A DNA stretch of 63,452 nucleotides, filler included, from Octopus bimaculoides (GCF_001194135.2; 8 parts of 7 records of this genome joined end to end with filler, not necessarily neighbours in it); one strand, 5' to 3'. Shown: positions 23,815-36,504, counted from the whole stretch's first letter. Notes: generated by a model not told the origin, from the sequence alone. Program-made: numbers and translations.

Positions 23815-24742
23815 GCAAGCACGCAGGCAAACGCGCGCGCAGGCAAACGCGCGCGCAGGCAAACGCGCGCGCAGGCAAGCGCACACAACGTTGAATCAAA
23901 ATATTAACGAAACGCTTGACACATCTAAACTAAAGTATAATATTTTTCGATCACAATGGACATTATTTCTGTTTTGCTCCACTCTTTGTAATATATTTAC
24001 AATCTATCGTTTTGTATGTATTTGTTTTGACCTATATACATACGCCTGATATAAGGATAGTAGATGTGTTTGTTACCTTTAACTTTCTTATTTATGAAAA
24101 CTAGGTTGCTTTATAAGTAGCAATGGCCGCTATTGTCACGACTATTTTTCTTACACTATTGTAACAAATGCTCTAGAGAAAGAAGTAAGCCTATACCCTC
24201 GATGTGTTTTCGATTCTTGCTTGTGGCAATTTCACTTTGCACACAAGACTATTTCAGTCTAATTCCATTTTCTTATACTTATTTATATTGATTTTTTACA
24301 GGCTCAAGGCTTCAAATTTGAGGAAAGAGTATATAATCGACTCTGCTTATTTTATTGACTTCAGTTTACCTTGACGAGATTCGAACGCAGAATGTAAATA
24401 CACGTAGGTAAAAGCCGCAAGAAATTTAGCTACGCCTCAACTGTTTTCGATAATTACAGCCCAAGTAATGGCGGTGGACTTGCAGAAACGCTTGGCGGTA
24501 TTTACTTCAGTCCTTTACATTCTGAATTCAAATCAATATCACAAATCAAGAGAACGTGTTATAACAGTTCAAATTCTGTGAGAGTCAAGTCAACCTTACC
24601 TTTTATTTGTAGTTAGTGTAATGATATTAAAATATGACAAAGGTTTCTTCTCAGGTACAAGTCCACACAGACGGAGGGGATATAACAGATTTATTATTCG
24701 TAATTCAAAAACGATGAATGTATGAAAAGTAAACTTAACATA

Positions 24743-24956
24743 CAGCCAGGTTGTTGAAAAATTCCTGGCTTCAAGGGTGTCGCGAATGGCCTGGTTGGTG
24801 GCCCAAACTTCCGAGTTCTTTTACAGGGCTTAGAAAACTGAAATATTGCTGCAATAAGTGAGTAAATCTGAGTGGCAAATATGTTGAATAAAAAAATTAA
24901 CTAATCTTCCTGCATTTTCTTTTACACAAAGCCAGGAAATTTTCAGCACGCCCTTG
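24743..24956 (+). mobile_element. mariner deletion-derivative MITE (further copies 33676-33886 and 48384-48572)
   Basis: TIR tgctgaaaa.ttcctggctt / aagccagga.ttttcagca with TA flanks. The interior, read across the three copies, preserves the mariner transposase C-terminus (approximately LQGLEKLKDRCNKCVNLRGEYVE*). Confidence 0.8.
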
Positions 24957-25156
24957 TATGTATATATATATATATATNNNNNNNNNNNNNNNNNNNNNNN
25001 NNNNNNNNNNNNNNNNNNNNNTTAATTAATTAANNNNNNNNNNNNNNNNNNNNNNNNNNNNNNNNNNNNNNNNNNNNTGTTCGAAGGTTATTTATCTAAT
25101 TTCAGTGGAATCTATCCACTGGTTTTCAGAAATAGAGTTATTAATATTTCTAAGTC

Positions 25157-25297
25157 TCTCTAAAGGAGACTACGGCAGCGGTACTGGAGCTTCTTGGAGC
25201 TAATTCACGGCAGCTTTCGTCCTAATTTTGGGAATGCCATGTTGGCTTGGCGATAACTATTAATTTCCAGTACCGCTGCCGTAGTCTCCTTTAGAGA
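25157..25297. mobile_element. Small MITE with perfect 32-bp TIRs
   Basis: tctctaaaggagactacggcagcggtactgga (25157-25188) and its exact reverse complement (25266-25297), 77-nt spacer. Confidence 0.75.
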
Positions 25298-26340
25298 CTA
25301 TAGTAGAAGACACTTTCCCAAGGTGTCACGCAGTGGGACTGATCCCGGAACCATGTGGTTCGTAAGCAAGCTACTTACCACACAGCCACTCCTATGCCAA
25401 TAATAAATGCAGACGCACTGGTTCTATTTCACTTCTTTATTTTTATTTGTCAATTAATTTTAAGCGATTGTTTGATTAATCGTACGGTAAATCAGTCAAT
25501 CAGCGAGACCTGTCAAGACAGACCTGAAGTTAGAGAAGGAATGTCAATGATGCGGTCATGACTGGCGACGAACGGACTTTGACAAACATGTGAGGAGCGC
25601 AGTTTGTGTCCCAGAAAAAAAAAAACTTCAAACTTCAACTAAACTAGAAGGAAACATCGCCACAAAACTCCCAATCACATATACAACAACTCCAAACACT
25701 ATTACAATAGAATATTAAAATTCAAACATAAAAATCATGTATGCAGTGAAGTATCTGCAAATATCTGCTGCATCAATAACCCCGCTAGCCTGAAACATTG
25801 TGCTGGGTTACACACCACCACCAACAAATACAGAAGAACAGCATCCGTCACGCGCTGGCCGGTTCCGCGTTGTCCGCTTCAAATATAAGAATCCACCCGA
25901 ATCTGCATGTGTATTGAAATAAAGTGGAGTAAGACTAAACCCCCGGCGATTTCATCACNNNNNNNNNNNNNNNNNNNNNNNNNNNNNNNNNNNNNNNNNN
26001 NNNNNNNNNNNNNNNNNNNNNNNNNNNNNNNNNNNNNNNNNNNNNNNNNNNNNNNNNNNNNNNNNNNNNNNNNNNNNNNNNNNNNNNNNNNNNNNNNNNN
26101 NNNNNNNNNNNNNNNNNNNNNNNNNNNNNNNNNNNNNNNNNNNNNNNNNNNNNNNNNNNNNNNNNNNNNNNNNNNNNNNNNNNNNNNNNNNNNNNNNNNN
26201 NNNNNNNNNNNNNNNNNNNNNNNNNNNNNNNNNNNNNNNNNNNNNNNNNNNNNNNNNNNNNNNNNNNNNNNNNNNNNNNNNNNNNNNNNNNNNNNNNNNN
26301 NNNNNNNNNNNNNNNNNNNNNNNNNNNNNNNNNNNNNNNN

Positions 26341-26699
26341 ATTGTTGGCACTCCGTCGCTTACGACGTCGAGGGTTCCAGTTGATCCGATCAACGGAACA
26401 GCCTGCTCGTGAAATTAACGTGCAAGTGGCTGAGCACTCCACAGACACATGTACCATTAACGTAGTTCTCGGGGATATTCAGTGTGACAAGGCTGACCCT
26501 TTGAATTACAGACACAAGAGAAACAGGAAGCAAGACTGAGAGGAAGTTGTGGTGAAAGAGTACATCCTCTGCCGGATCCTCGTGGAGCTTTTAGGGGTTT
26601 TCGCTCAATAAACAATCACAACGTCCGGTCTGGGAATCGAAACCGCGATCCTATGACCGCGAGTCTGCTGCCCTAACCACTGGGCCATTGCGCCTCCAC
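26341..26699 (-). mobile_element. SINE family A (minus strand)
   Basis: Reverse complement of the 5005 copy; head ends ...ccattgcgcctccac. Confidence 0.88.
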
Positions 26700-29402
26700 G
26701 CAATATATATATATACATACATGCGCGCGCGCACACACACACAGATACGCGTGTGCACGCAATGCAAGAGTGCATGTTTTGCTGTTAATCTGATGAAATG
26801 CTTCTCCAATGTAATCGGTTGCTAATATTGTGTAACTTTTCACATGAAATTATTTACGTGCTACGGTGTTAGAAACGGAATGGTACCGAATTAACTAATA
26901 ATAAAGCGATATTGAATTCATTCTTCGTATTCTTAAATGTATCATACGTGTGTGTATATATATATGCGTGTGTGTGCGTGTACAGACAGATAGATAGATA
27001 CATACATACATACATACATACACACATACATGCATTCATACATACATAAACACATACATGCATTCATTCTTACATGCATACATACATACATACATACATA
27101 CACACATGTACATTCATAGATAATTCATACACACACATACATGCATACTTTCATTCATACATACACATACGTACGTATATTCATACTTAATACATACATA
27201 AATGCAGACAAGCTTGCACAAACCCGTACATACATACATACATATATGCATAATACATACATGCATACGTACACACATACATATATATACATAGATGCAT
27301 GCATGCATACATACATACATACATATATACATACATACATACACACACACACACTCACTCTTTTTCTTTCCAATGATAGAGGCATTGCACTTACGCAGTG
27401 CACTACTTTTCCCATAATCGATAAAGTAGATGAAAATTCCTGCTGAGTCGATATTATTTCAATCCATTTAAGGCAGCGAAATGGCAGAATCATTAGCACG
27501 CCGTACAAAATACTTAGCAGCATTTCGTGCGTCCTTACGTTCTGAGTTCAAATTCCACCGAGGTCGACTTTCCCTTTCGTCCTTTCGAGGTCGATATAAT
27601 AAACATTTGTTGAGCATTGGGGTCGATGCAATTGACTACTCCCTTCCCCTAAAATTTCGTTCCCTGTGNNNNNNNNNNNNNNNNNNNNNNNNNNNNNNNN
27701 NNNNNNNNNNNNNNNNNNNNNNNNNNNNNNNNNNNNNNNNNNNNNNNNNNNNNNNNNNNNNNNNNNNNNNNNNNNNNNNNNNNNNNNNNNNNNNNNNNNN
27801 NNNNNNNNNNNNNNNNNNNNNNNNNNNNNNNNNNNNNNNNNNNNNNNNNNNNNNNNNNNNNNNNNNNNNNNNNNNNNNNNNNNNNNNNNNNNNNNNNNNN
27901 NNNNNNNNNNNNNNNNNNNNNNNNNNNNNNNNNNNNNNNNNNNNNNNNNNNNNNNNNNNNNNNNNNNNNNNNNNNNNNNNNNNNNNNNNNNNNNNNNNNN
28001 NNNNNNNNNNNNNNNNNNNNNNNNNNNNNNNNNNNNNNNNNNNNNNNNNNNNNNNNNNNNNNNNNNNNNNNNNNNNNNNNNNNNNNNNNNNNNNNNNNNN
28101 NNNNNNNNNNNNNNNNNNNNNNNNNNNNNNNNNNNNNNNNNNNNNNNNNNNNNNNNNNNNNNNNNNNNNNNNNNNNNNNNNNNNNNNNNNNNNNNNNNNN
28201 NNNGGACAGACAAACGGATTAAGTCGATTACATCGACCCCAGTGTGTAACTAGTACTTAATTTATCGTCCCCGAAAGGATGAAAGGCAAAGTCGACCTCG
28301 ATGGAATTTGAACTCAGAACGTAACGGTAGACGAAATATCGCTAAGCATTTCGCCCGGCGTGTTAACGTTTCTTCCAGCTCGCCGCCTCACAACTCCTAA
28401 TAACATTGAATCATAAAAATACAAGATAATTTTTTAAACATCGAATGGCCAGGTGGGTCCACCCGAATAAAACAGGAAGCCAAGGGGTCCATAGGTAAAA
28501 AAAAAAAAATGGTCGAGAAACATTTATTTACGAGAAACTTTAAGTCATAGGTTGTTCCAGAAAAAGTAAAGCATTTAACTGTTCCAACAAGAAATCGAAA
28601 CTGGAACCATGGCTTAGAAACAGCTGATTGAAAGCCTATTTCTTCTCTGCGGCACATGCTTCAATTCCGTATTCGAGAAAATAACTTCTAGTTCATCTAA
28701 ACGGTAAAACCAATTAATTACCAATATTTTGGAGATGCACAGTCAATCGTTTAAACCTGAAGCATAAAGTACAGTAGTATAACAACATAAATATTATTAT
28801 TTCCTCTGTCGGAACAAAACAAATCAAAATAAATTGACAGGAAATTATGAAGCTTCGCTATTTGTTCCTGACTTGATTGTTTCACACATCTAGTTTGATT
28901 TTAATTAAATTGAATTCAAGTATTTATTGGTTTGTAAAAGAAATGATTGGTTATGAAATTAATTAGCTGATCTGTTCTTTTTAAGTAATATCAGATTTAT
29001 AATCTAATTGCTAGCTTTAATATATTTCTGTAGTCATATCTAAAATCTCCGAATTAATTGTTACCAGATGACTGTCAAGAATAATTACCGAGTGATATCT
29101 AATTCAAATTAGTGTCCTTCCAACTTTTACGGCTGCTGAATAATATAATCTATAATTTTAGTTGCATTTAAAAATTAGCTTCGAATAACTGACATCCATA
29201 ACTGAAGAACCAGCTCATAGCTGAGAAATGCCCATCGTTTAAATTTTTAACACAGCACGAATTGCCAAAGATTACGTACACAGTAAAACCGCCGAACGGA
29301 AACCGGATGTCAACTTCAATTCCCGATTAATGCCTCTTCACTTCATTTTTGTTTCTAACACATTTGTAGAATGCATGAATGTCACACCATCATATTTCAT
29401 GT

Positions 29403-29787
29403 GTGGAGGCGCAATGGCCCAGTGGTTAGGGCAGCGGACTCGCGGTCATAGGATCTGGTTTCGATTCCCAGACCGGGCGTTGTTAGTGTTTATTGAGCGA
29501 AAACACCTAAAGCTCCACAAGGCTCCGACAGGAGAAGGTGGCGAACCCTGCTGTACTCTTTCACCACAACTTTCTCTCACTCTTACTTCCTGTTTCTGTT
29601 GTGCCTGTAATTCAAAGGGTCAGCCTTGTCACACTGTGTCACGCTGAATATCCCTGAGAACTACGTTAAGGGTACACGTGTCTGTAGGGTGCTCAGTCAC
29701 TTGCACGTTAATTTCACGAGCAGGCTGTTCTGTTGATCGGATCAACTGGAACCCTCGACGTCGTAAGCGACGGAGTGCCAGCAACAA
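29403..29787 (+). mobile_element. SINE family A
   Basis: TSD catatttcatgt (29391-29402 / 29788-29799). Confidence 0.9.
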
Positions 29788-30114
29788 CATATTTCATGTC
29801 CTATGTAAGCCTAGGGCTATAACCTATCAATACTTCTCAACCACACCTAAAAGCATCATTGCTCCCTTAGATGTTGAACAGTTAATCACTAGTGCGCCAA
29901 TAAACACCATAATATACTCCATTCTCAGGCATGCATATCATCAACACGACGGGTGAAACACTTAGCAGCATTTCGTCCACCCTTATGTTCTGAGTTCAAA
30001 TTACGCCAAGGTCGACTTTGCCTTTCATTCCTATCGGGTTCGATTAAATAAATATTGGGTCGATGTAATCGACAAATCCCTTTCCATCAAATGTCAGGCC
30101 TTGTGTTATTATCT

Positions 30115-31096
30115 AACTGTTCAATGTTTGGTAGATTGAGGCAAATTTCTACTGCACCACCTGCTACACCTTCGTGTTGCTGGGGTGTGTGCAGCATTGT
30201 GTGTTCTTTTCTGCTGTTGGGAGTGTGCGAACTCTTCCCGGTACTGTATTGTGTTGTGGTGCTGTCTTTTGTTGTGTTACTGCTTGTATTGTGTGCTGAA
30301 TGTGTAATGCGTTGGTTTTCTAGCTTGCAGGTGGAAATTTATTTCACTGGGTAAACGCTGTATAGAGTGTGTCTTGTATTTGTGGGTTGTTTTGTTTAGG
30401 TTGTATTACTGGATTGATAGTGTCTTGCGTAGGATATGGGCTGTTCCTAGCAGGGATATTTTTTGGACAGCGTGTAGTGTTGAGGATCCAGGTATAGCTT
30501 CTACATTTTTATTCATATGATTTTTTATCATGCCCAGTGCTCCAGTTATTCTTTACTCCTCTAGGCACAAGGCCCGAAATTTTGGGAAGGGGACCAGTCG
30601 ATTACGCAGCTGGTACTTCTCCAATTCTGTTTTGACAATATTTTGATCAGAAGAAACTGCAATGTCTGCCAGTGTTTCTTCCCCAATCCTTGACTATCAT
30701 TTTCTGGACGATTAGCTTTTATTTCTTTGTAAGTTTGAACCTGCATATCCGAAATGATCGTGGCCTTATCGTTGTCTTGTATCTTGCTTGGCTCATGCTT
30801 ATACCACTTGCTCTCAGTTTTGATGTTGTAATGTTTGCATATTTTCCAGTGGATATACCTGTTTACTTTGTCGTGTCTGTATACATATTCAGGCTTGGCA
30901 AGGACTGGGCAGCCCGTGGTGATGTGGTCAACTGTCTCATTGTGCTGGTTGCACAATCTACATTTGGCGTTGAGGCCTATTTTCATTATTTTGTTTTTAT
31001 AATTGTTTGTAGTCAGGCATTGGTCTTGTGCAGCGAGAATCAGTCCTTTCGTTTCGGCTTTCAGTCCAAAGCTTTTGAGCCATTGTTGGCTTTTAC

Positions 31097-31098
<2 letters not shown>
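30115..31098 (-). mobile_element. R4/Dong-clade non-LTR retrotransposon 3' fragment
   Basis: SQQWLKSFGLKAETKGLILAAQDQCL...CRLCNQHNETVDHITTGCPVLAKPEYVYRHDKV...WYKHEP...IKANRP, then ITGALGMIK...VQKISLLGTAHILRKTLSIQ* and a 3' UTR. A SINE remnant is inserted near 30563-30605. Confidence 0.88.
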
Positions 31099-31166
<68 letters not shown>

Positions 31167-32129
31167 GTGAGATAGCATGGCTTAGTGGTTAGGGTGTTGC
31201 ACTTGCGATCCAGCGATCATGATTTCAGTTCCCAGACTGGGCGATGCATTGTGTTCTTGAGCAAATCATTTCATCTGACGTTGCTCTGCGACNNNNNNNN
31301 NNNNNNNNNNNNNNNNNNNNNNNNNNNNNNNNNNNNTTAATTAATTAANNNNNNNNNNNNNNNNNNNNNNNNNNNNNNNNNNNNNNNNNNNNGAAATTAC
31401 TTCTGGTGTATATTGCAAATATACTTCAATTTTCTAAGAGCTATTTCATTAAAAATATCTTTGCATGCGCACACGCACGCACGCACAGACAGACAGACGG
31501 ACGGACGGACGGACGCGCACGCACGCACGCACACACTTTCTGTTGTTGAATGTCAACATATAGAACAGTCTCCACCTCCCTCTAAGAGAAACTGCTTTTT
31601 CTTTTGTTCTTCACCATCACCCAACAGCCTCTCTTCTCTCAATGTTTGTTTTAAGCTGTTCTTCAACCCTAGGTCAGTCGCTGGTGGAACACACGTAATC
31701 CAGATATCGTGTCTCTTTTATATTTTTTTTACTTATTCCAGTTGTTGGAGTACGACCATGCTGGGGGCACTGCCCTGAGTTTTAGTCGAACAAATTGACC
31801 CCAATACTTCATTTATTAAAGCTTATTTTATTGGTCCCTTTTGTCAAACCACTGTTATGGGGATGTAAATAAACCAATACACGTTGCCAAGTGGTGGCAG
31901 TGGTTGTCGCAAGCAAACACACACGTGTGGCTGTGTGGTAAGAAGCTCGTTTCCTAACCATATGACTCTGGGTTCAGGCCCACTGCAGAGCACTTTGGGC
32001 AAGTGTCTTCTACTACAGCCTCAGGTCAACCAAATCCTTGTGAGTGGATCATGGGTGCATTTTATGTGGCACCAGTACCCACCATCCTAGTCATACCAGA
32101 CTAAAAAAAAATCTGGGGTCAATTTGTTC

Positions 32130-33155
32130 AACTCTCTGCCTGACTCTCCTCCCAGCAATTCTCTGCTTGACCCTCCCAGCAATTCTCTGCTTGACCCTCC
32201 CAGCAATTCCCTGCCCGACTCTCCCAACAATTCCCTGCCCGACTCTCCCAACAATTCCCTGCCCGACTCTCCCAACAATTCNNNNNNNNNNNNNNNNNNN
32301 NNNNNNNNNNNNNNNNNNNNNNNNNNNNNNNNNNNNNNNNNNNNNNNNNNNNNNNNNNNNNNNNNNNNNNNNNNNNNNNNNNNNNNNNNNNNNNNNNNNN
32401 NNNNNNNNNNNNNNNNNNNNNNNNNNNNNNNNNNNNNNNNNNNNNNNNNNNNNNNNNNNNNNNNNNNNNNNNNNNNNNNNNNNNNNNNNNNNNNNNNNNN
32501 NNNNNNNNNNNNNNNNNNNNNNNNNNNNNNNNNNNNNNNNNNNNNNNNNNNNNNNNNNNNNNNNNNNNNNNNNNNNNNNNNNNNNNNNNNNNNNNNNNNN
32601 NNNNNNNNNNNNNNNNNNNNNNNNNNNNNNNNNNNNNNNNNNNNNNNNNNNNNNNNNNNNNNNNNNNNNNNNNNNNNNNNNNNNNNNNNNNNNNNNNNNN
32701 NNNNNNNNNNNNNNNNNNNNNNNNNNNNNNNNNNNNNNNNNNNNNNNNNNNNNNNNNNNNNNNNNNNNNNNNNNNNNNNNNNNNNNNNNNNNNNNNNNNN
32801 NNNNNNNNNNNNNNNNNNNNNNNNNNNNNNNNNNNNNNNNNNNNNNNNNNNNNNNNNNNNNNNNNNNNNNNNNNNNNNNNNNNNNNNNNNNNNNNNNNNN
32901 NNNNNNNNNNNNNNNNNNNNNNNNNNNNNNNNNNNNNNNNNNNNNNNNNNCTCTCCCAACAATTCCCTGCCCGACTCTCCCAACAATTCCCTGCCCGACT
33001 CTCCCAACAATTCTCTACTTGACTCTCCCAACAATTCTCTGCCCGACTCCCAACAATTCTCTGCTTGACTCTCCCAACAATTCTTTGCCTGACTCTCTCA
33101 ACACGATTCTTTGCCTGACTCTCTCAACACGATTCCTTGCCTGACTCTCCCAACA
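32130..33155 (+). repeat. 24-bp minisatellite (gactctcccaacaattccctgccc), centre in gap
   Basis: Direct tandem copies on both sides of the N run. Confidence 0.9.
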
Positions 33156-33271
33156 ACAGTGGACAAAAATGACAGACAGACAAATGGATGGACACCAAAT
33201 TAGTGTTCAGTTGTTGAATGAAACGATTCCATTTCCCATTTTTAGTTAATTTACCTTTTTTCCATTCACAG

Positions 33272-33604
33272 ACTCCGCTTCCTACTGTGTTATTGTTAAT
33301 GTTGACCCGAGGAGAGGAGTCCTCGATTCCGAGTTCATGTTCACAGCAAATGTCAGTTCAGACACCAACAGCGACCTTCTGCCCGATGATGTGTGCTGCA
33401 GCTACACATTCCAGGACAACCGGACGGAGGAGATCATATCGCTGTTTGGTTCCACCTCGGTAAACATTGTGAAAGAATATCCGCCGTCCAAAGAACATCC
33501 TGCCGGCACGTACTCCATGAATGTCACAGCGTATCTGTACAAGAAAAATGACACAAAATCCATCTTCCCTGTTGCTACGAATGTCACCCATTTCCACCTG
33601 ACAG
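33272..33604 (+). CDS. TMEM130: TMEM130-like (PMEL/GPNMB/TMEM130 family) ectodomain, first securely visible coding exon (333 nt, phase 1-1)
   Basis: Pyrimidine tract ...ttttttccattcacag| and donor ACAG|gtaggt. Open frame DSASYCVIVNVDPRRGVLDSEFMFTANVSS...PAGTYSMNVTAY...FPVATNVTHFHLT resembles the recalled human TMEM130 N-terminal region (YELNLTTDSP...PGEFPVSVWVT...QPVARGFVVLPIT). Confidence 0.85.
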
Positions 33605-33910
33605 GTAGGTTTGAACTGGTCACACCGATTCAAAATTTCTGCATCTTATGGGAGGGTGGTGGGTTAGCAAATATACAATGGAATGCTGAAAAATTCCTGG
33701 CTTCACGAGTATTGTGAAAGGCCTGATTGGAGACCCAACCATTCAAATTTTTACAGGGCTTAGAATAGCTAAAGGACCACTGTGGGAAGTGTGGATCTGT
33801 GAGGGGGGGGCGGTATGTTGAATGAAATCATTGATCCTCTTGTATTTTCTTTTACCCAAAGCCAGGAACTTTTCACGACCGCTTCATATTTGTATATATG
33901 AGGAGGTACT

Positions 33911-34601
33911 GTGGAGGTGCAATGGCCCAGTGGTTAGGGCAGCNNNNNNNNNNNNNNNNNNNNNNNNNNNNNNNNNNNNNNNNNNNNNNNNNNNNNNNNN
34001 NNNNNNNNNNNNNNNNNNNNNNNNNNNNNNNNNNNNNNNNNNNNNNNNNNNNNNNNNNNNNNNNNNNNNNNNNNNNNNNNNNNNNNNNNNNNNNNNNNNN
34101 NNNNNNNNNNNNNNNNNNNNNNNNNNNNNNNNNNNNNNNNNNNNNNNNNNNNNNNNNNNNNNNNNNNNNNNNNNNNNNNNNNNNNNNNNNNNNNNNNNNN
34201 NNNNNNNNNNNNNNNNNNNNGATTCCCAGACCGAGCGTTGTAAGTGTTTATTGAGCGAAAACACCTAAAGCTCCACGAGGCTCTGGTAGAGGATGGTGGT
34301 GGCGAACTCTGCTGTACTCTTCCACCACAACTTTCTCTCACTCTTTCTTCCTGTTTCTGTTGTGCATGTAATTCAAAAGGCCAGCCTTGTCACACTGTGT
34401 CACGCTGAATATCCCCGAGAACTACGTTACGGGTACACGTGTCTGTGGAGTGCTCAGCCACTTGCACGTTAATTTCACGAGCAGGCTGTTCCATTAATCC
34501 GATCAACCGGAACTCACAACATCCAGTCTGGGAATTGAAACCGCGATCCTACGACCAATCCTACGACCTATGCCTTAACCACTGGGCCATTGCACCTCCA
34601 C
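33911..34601. mobile_element. SINE A (+, tail missing) fused to an inverted SINE A head
   Basis: Head gtggaggtgcaatggcccag at 33911; reverse-oriented head at 34511-34601; junction at ggaac|tcacaac. Confidence 0.8.
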
Positions 34602-34677
34602 TATATCCTTTATATATGCAGATTCTATATATGTACATATATGGATTAATTTTCTACCATTTTATTTTTTTGCCCAG

Positions 34678-34962
34678 AGAACTTCAACGGCTACCTTACT
34701 GTAAAACAAAACCTGGTCTACCAAACCAACTGGTCTGCATTTGTCGTTCACAAGCCCATCTACATCTACTTCTTCCTGACTGACCATATATTCGGTACCT
34801 TCACATACCATTGGCAGATCAATGGGACCATTGGCAAACACACTGATATACCGTTGCTGGTCTTTACAGCCAGCAACATTGGATTGAGTCGTTTCTCCCT
34901 CCATGTAAAGGAGGTACACACAGGCAATGAAGGTCATTTCGACAGAGTGGTCCTTTTTCAAG
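34678..34962 (+). CDS. TMEM130: TMEM130-like PKD-type domain exon (285 nt, phase 1-1)
   Basis: Acceptor ttttattttttgcccag| and donor CAAG|gttggt. Splices in frame to give HLT-E-NFNGYLTVKQNLVYQTNWSAF...FTYHWQINGT...GHFDRVVLFQ; compare recalled TMEM130 ITEFLVGDLVVTQN...LYSWDFGDG...GDFSASLKLQ. Confidence 0.85.
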
Positions 34963-35039
34963 GTTGGTTTTTATGCACGTTTCTTATTTTATGTATGCTC
35001 ATACATACATGCTACTCAAGTATGCATATTTTTGTGAAA

Positions 35040-35815
35040 GCGCCCTTGTGCTTGGGCCCTTGTTCTTGGACCCTTGTGTTTGCGCCCCTGTGCTTGCTCC
35101 CCTGTGCCCGCGCCCTCGTGCCCGCGCCCTTGTGCCAGCGCCTGCGCCCTTCTGCTTGCTCCCTTCTGCTTGCTCCCTAGTGCCCGCACCCTTCTGCTTG
35201 CTCCCTTGTGCCCGTGCCCTAGTGCTCGCGCCCTTCTGCTTGCTCCCTTGTGTCCGTGCCCTAGTGCCCATGCCCTTCTGCTGGCTCCCTTCTGCCAGCG
35301 CCCTCGTGCCCGCACCCTTGTGCCAGCACCCGTGCCCTTNNNNNNNNNNNNNNNNNNNNNNNNNNNNNNNNNNNNNNNNNNNNNNNNNNNNNNNNNNNNN
35401 NNNNNNNNNNNNNNNNNNNNNNNNNNNNNNNNNNNNNNNNNNNNNNNNNNNNNNNNNNNNNNNNNNNNNNNNNNNNNNNNNNNNNNNNNNNNNNNNNNNN
35501 NNNNNNNNNNNNNNNNNNNNNNNNNNNNNNNNNNNNNNNNNNNNNNNNNNNNNNNNNNNNNNNNNNNNNNNNNNNNNNNNNNNNNNNNNNNNNNNNNNNN
35601 NNNNNNNNNNNNNNNNNNNNNNNNNNNNNNNNNNNNNNNNNNNNNNNNNNNTTGCTCCCTTCTGTTTGCTCCCTTCTGTTTGCTCCCTTCTGTTTGCTCC
35701 CTTCTGTTTGCTCCCTTCTGTTTGCTCCCTTCTGTTTGCTCCCTTCTGTTTGCTCCCTTCTGCTTGCTCCCTTGTGCCTGCGCCCTTGTGCCCGCGCCCT
35801 TGCTTGTGCTCTTGC
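35040..35815 (+). repeat. C/T-rich 14-bp minisatellite (gctcccttctgttt and variants)
   Basis: Tandem copies, perfect at 35652-35760. Confidence 0.9.
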
Positions 35816-36504
35816 TCGTGTGCTCTCTTACTCATGTTCTCGCTTGCTCTTTCACATTCACACACTTTGAGGTCAAATTCTGCTGAGGTCAACTTTGCCT
35901 CTCATTCTTTCAGAGTCGATAAAAATAAGAACCAGTTGTGCACTGGGGTTGATGTAATCGGCTGTACCCCTCCCACCAAATTTTAAGCCTTGGGCCAATA
36001 GCAGAAAAGGTTATTATTATTATTATTACTAGCAAATCTACCCATCTGTGACGAAGGCATAAAATGAGGAAAATCCTAACTGCAGTATGTATTGAGAAGT
36101 GTATAAATGGACTTGATAGATTACTGGGCGATGTCTTAGAGAAATCACATCATTGTTGGTGATACAGCATTCTGACATGTGATGACGATTTACCCCCAAA
36201 CTGAAACAGTCTCCCAACCACTGTTACAAATGGTTATGTGGACCATTCCTAATGGAGGCCAGAGCTTCCTTCGACCACTACATAAAAAGTATTAAAAAAT
36301 GTTATTTAGATAAACTTTTGTTTTACTTGTTTACAGTATTTTATGCATGTTTATACTCTTATACATTCAAAGTTCACAAATTTCCTTATTTAAATTATAT
36401 ATCCTATTCCTTTCAATGTGGAGGCGTGTGGCTTAGTGGTTAGGGTGTCAGCACCATCATCGTAAGATTGTGGTTTCGATTCTTGGACTAATCCCTCCTG
36501 TTGA

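Noticed and set aside
23810-23885. GC-rich 14-bp tandem (gcaggcaaacgcgc)x3 after (CA)n, potential Z-DNA
   Set aside because: Ordinary microsatellite derivative with no evidence of function.
25022-25033. TTAATTAATTAA motif repeated seven times (also 31337, 39963, 51851, 55217, 57523, 61681)
   Set aside because: Always centred in an N run of about 100 nt and places stops in all six frames: an artificial contig linker, not biology.
29830-29925. Minus-strand signal-peptide-like MEYIMVFIGALVINCSTSKGAMMLLG
   Set aside because: Weak donor, no partner exon, and wrong strand for the TMEM130-like gene.
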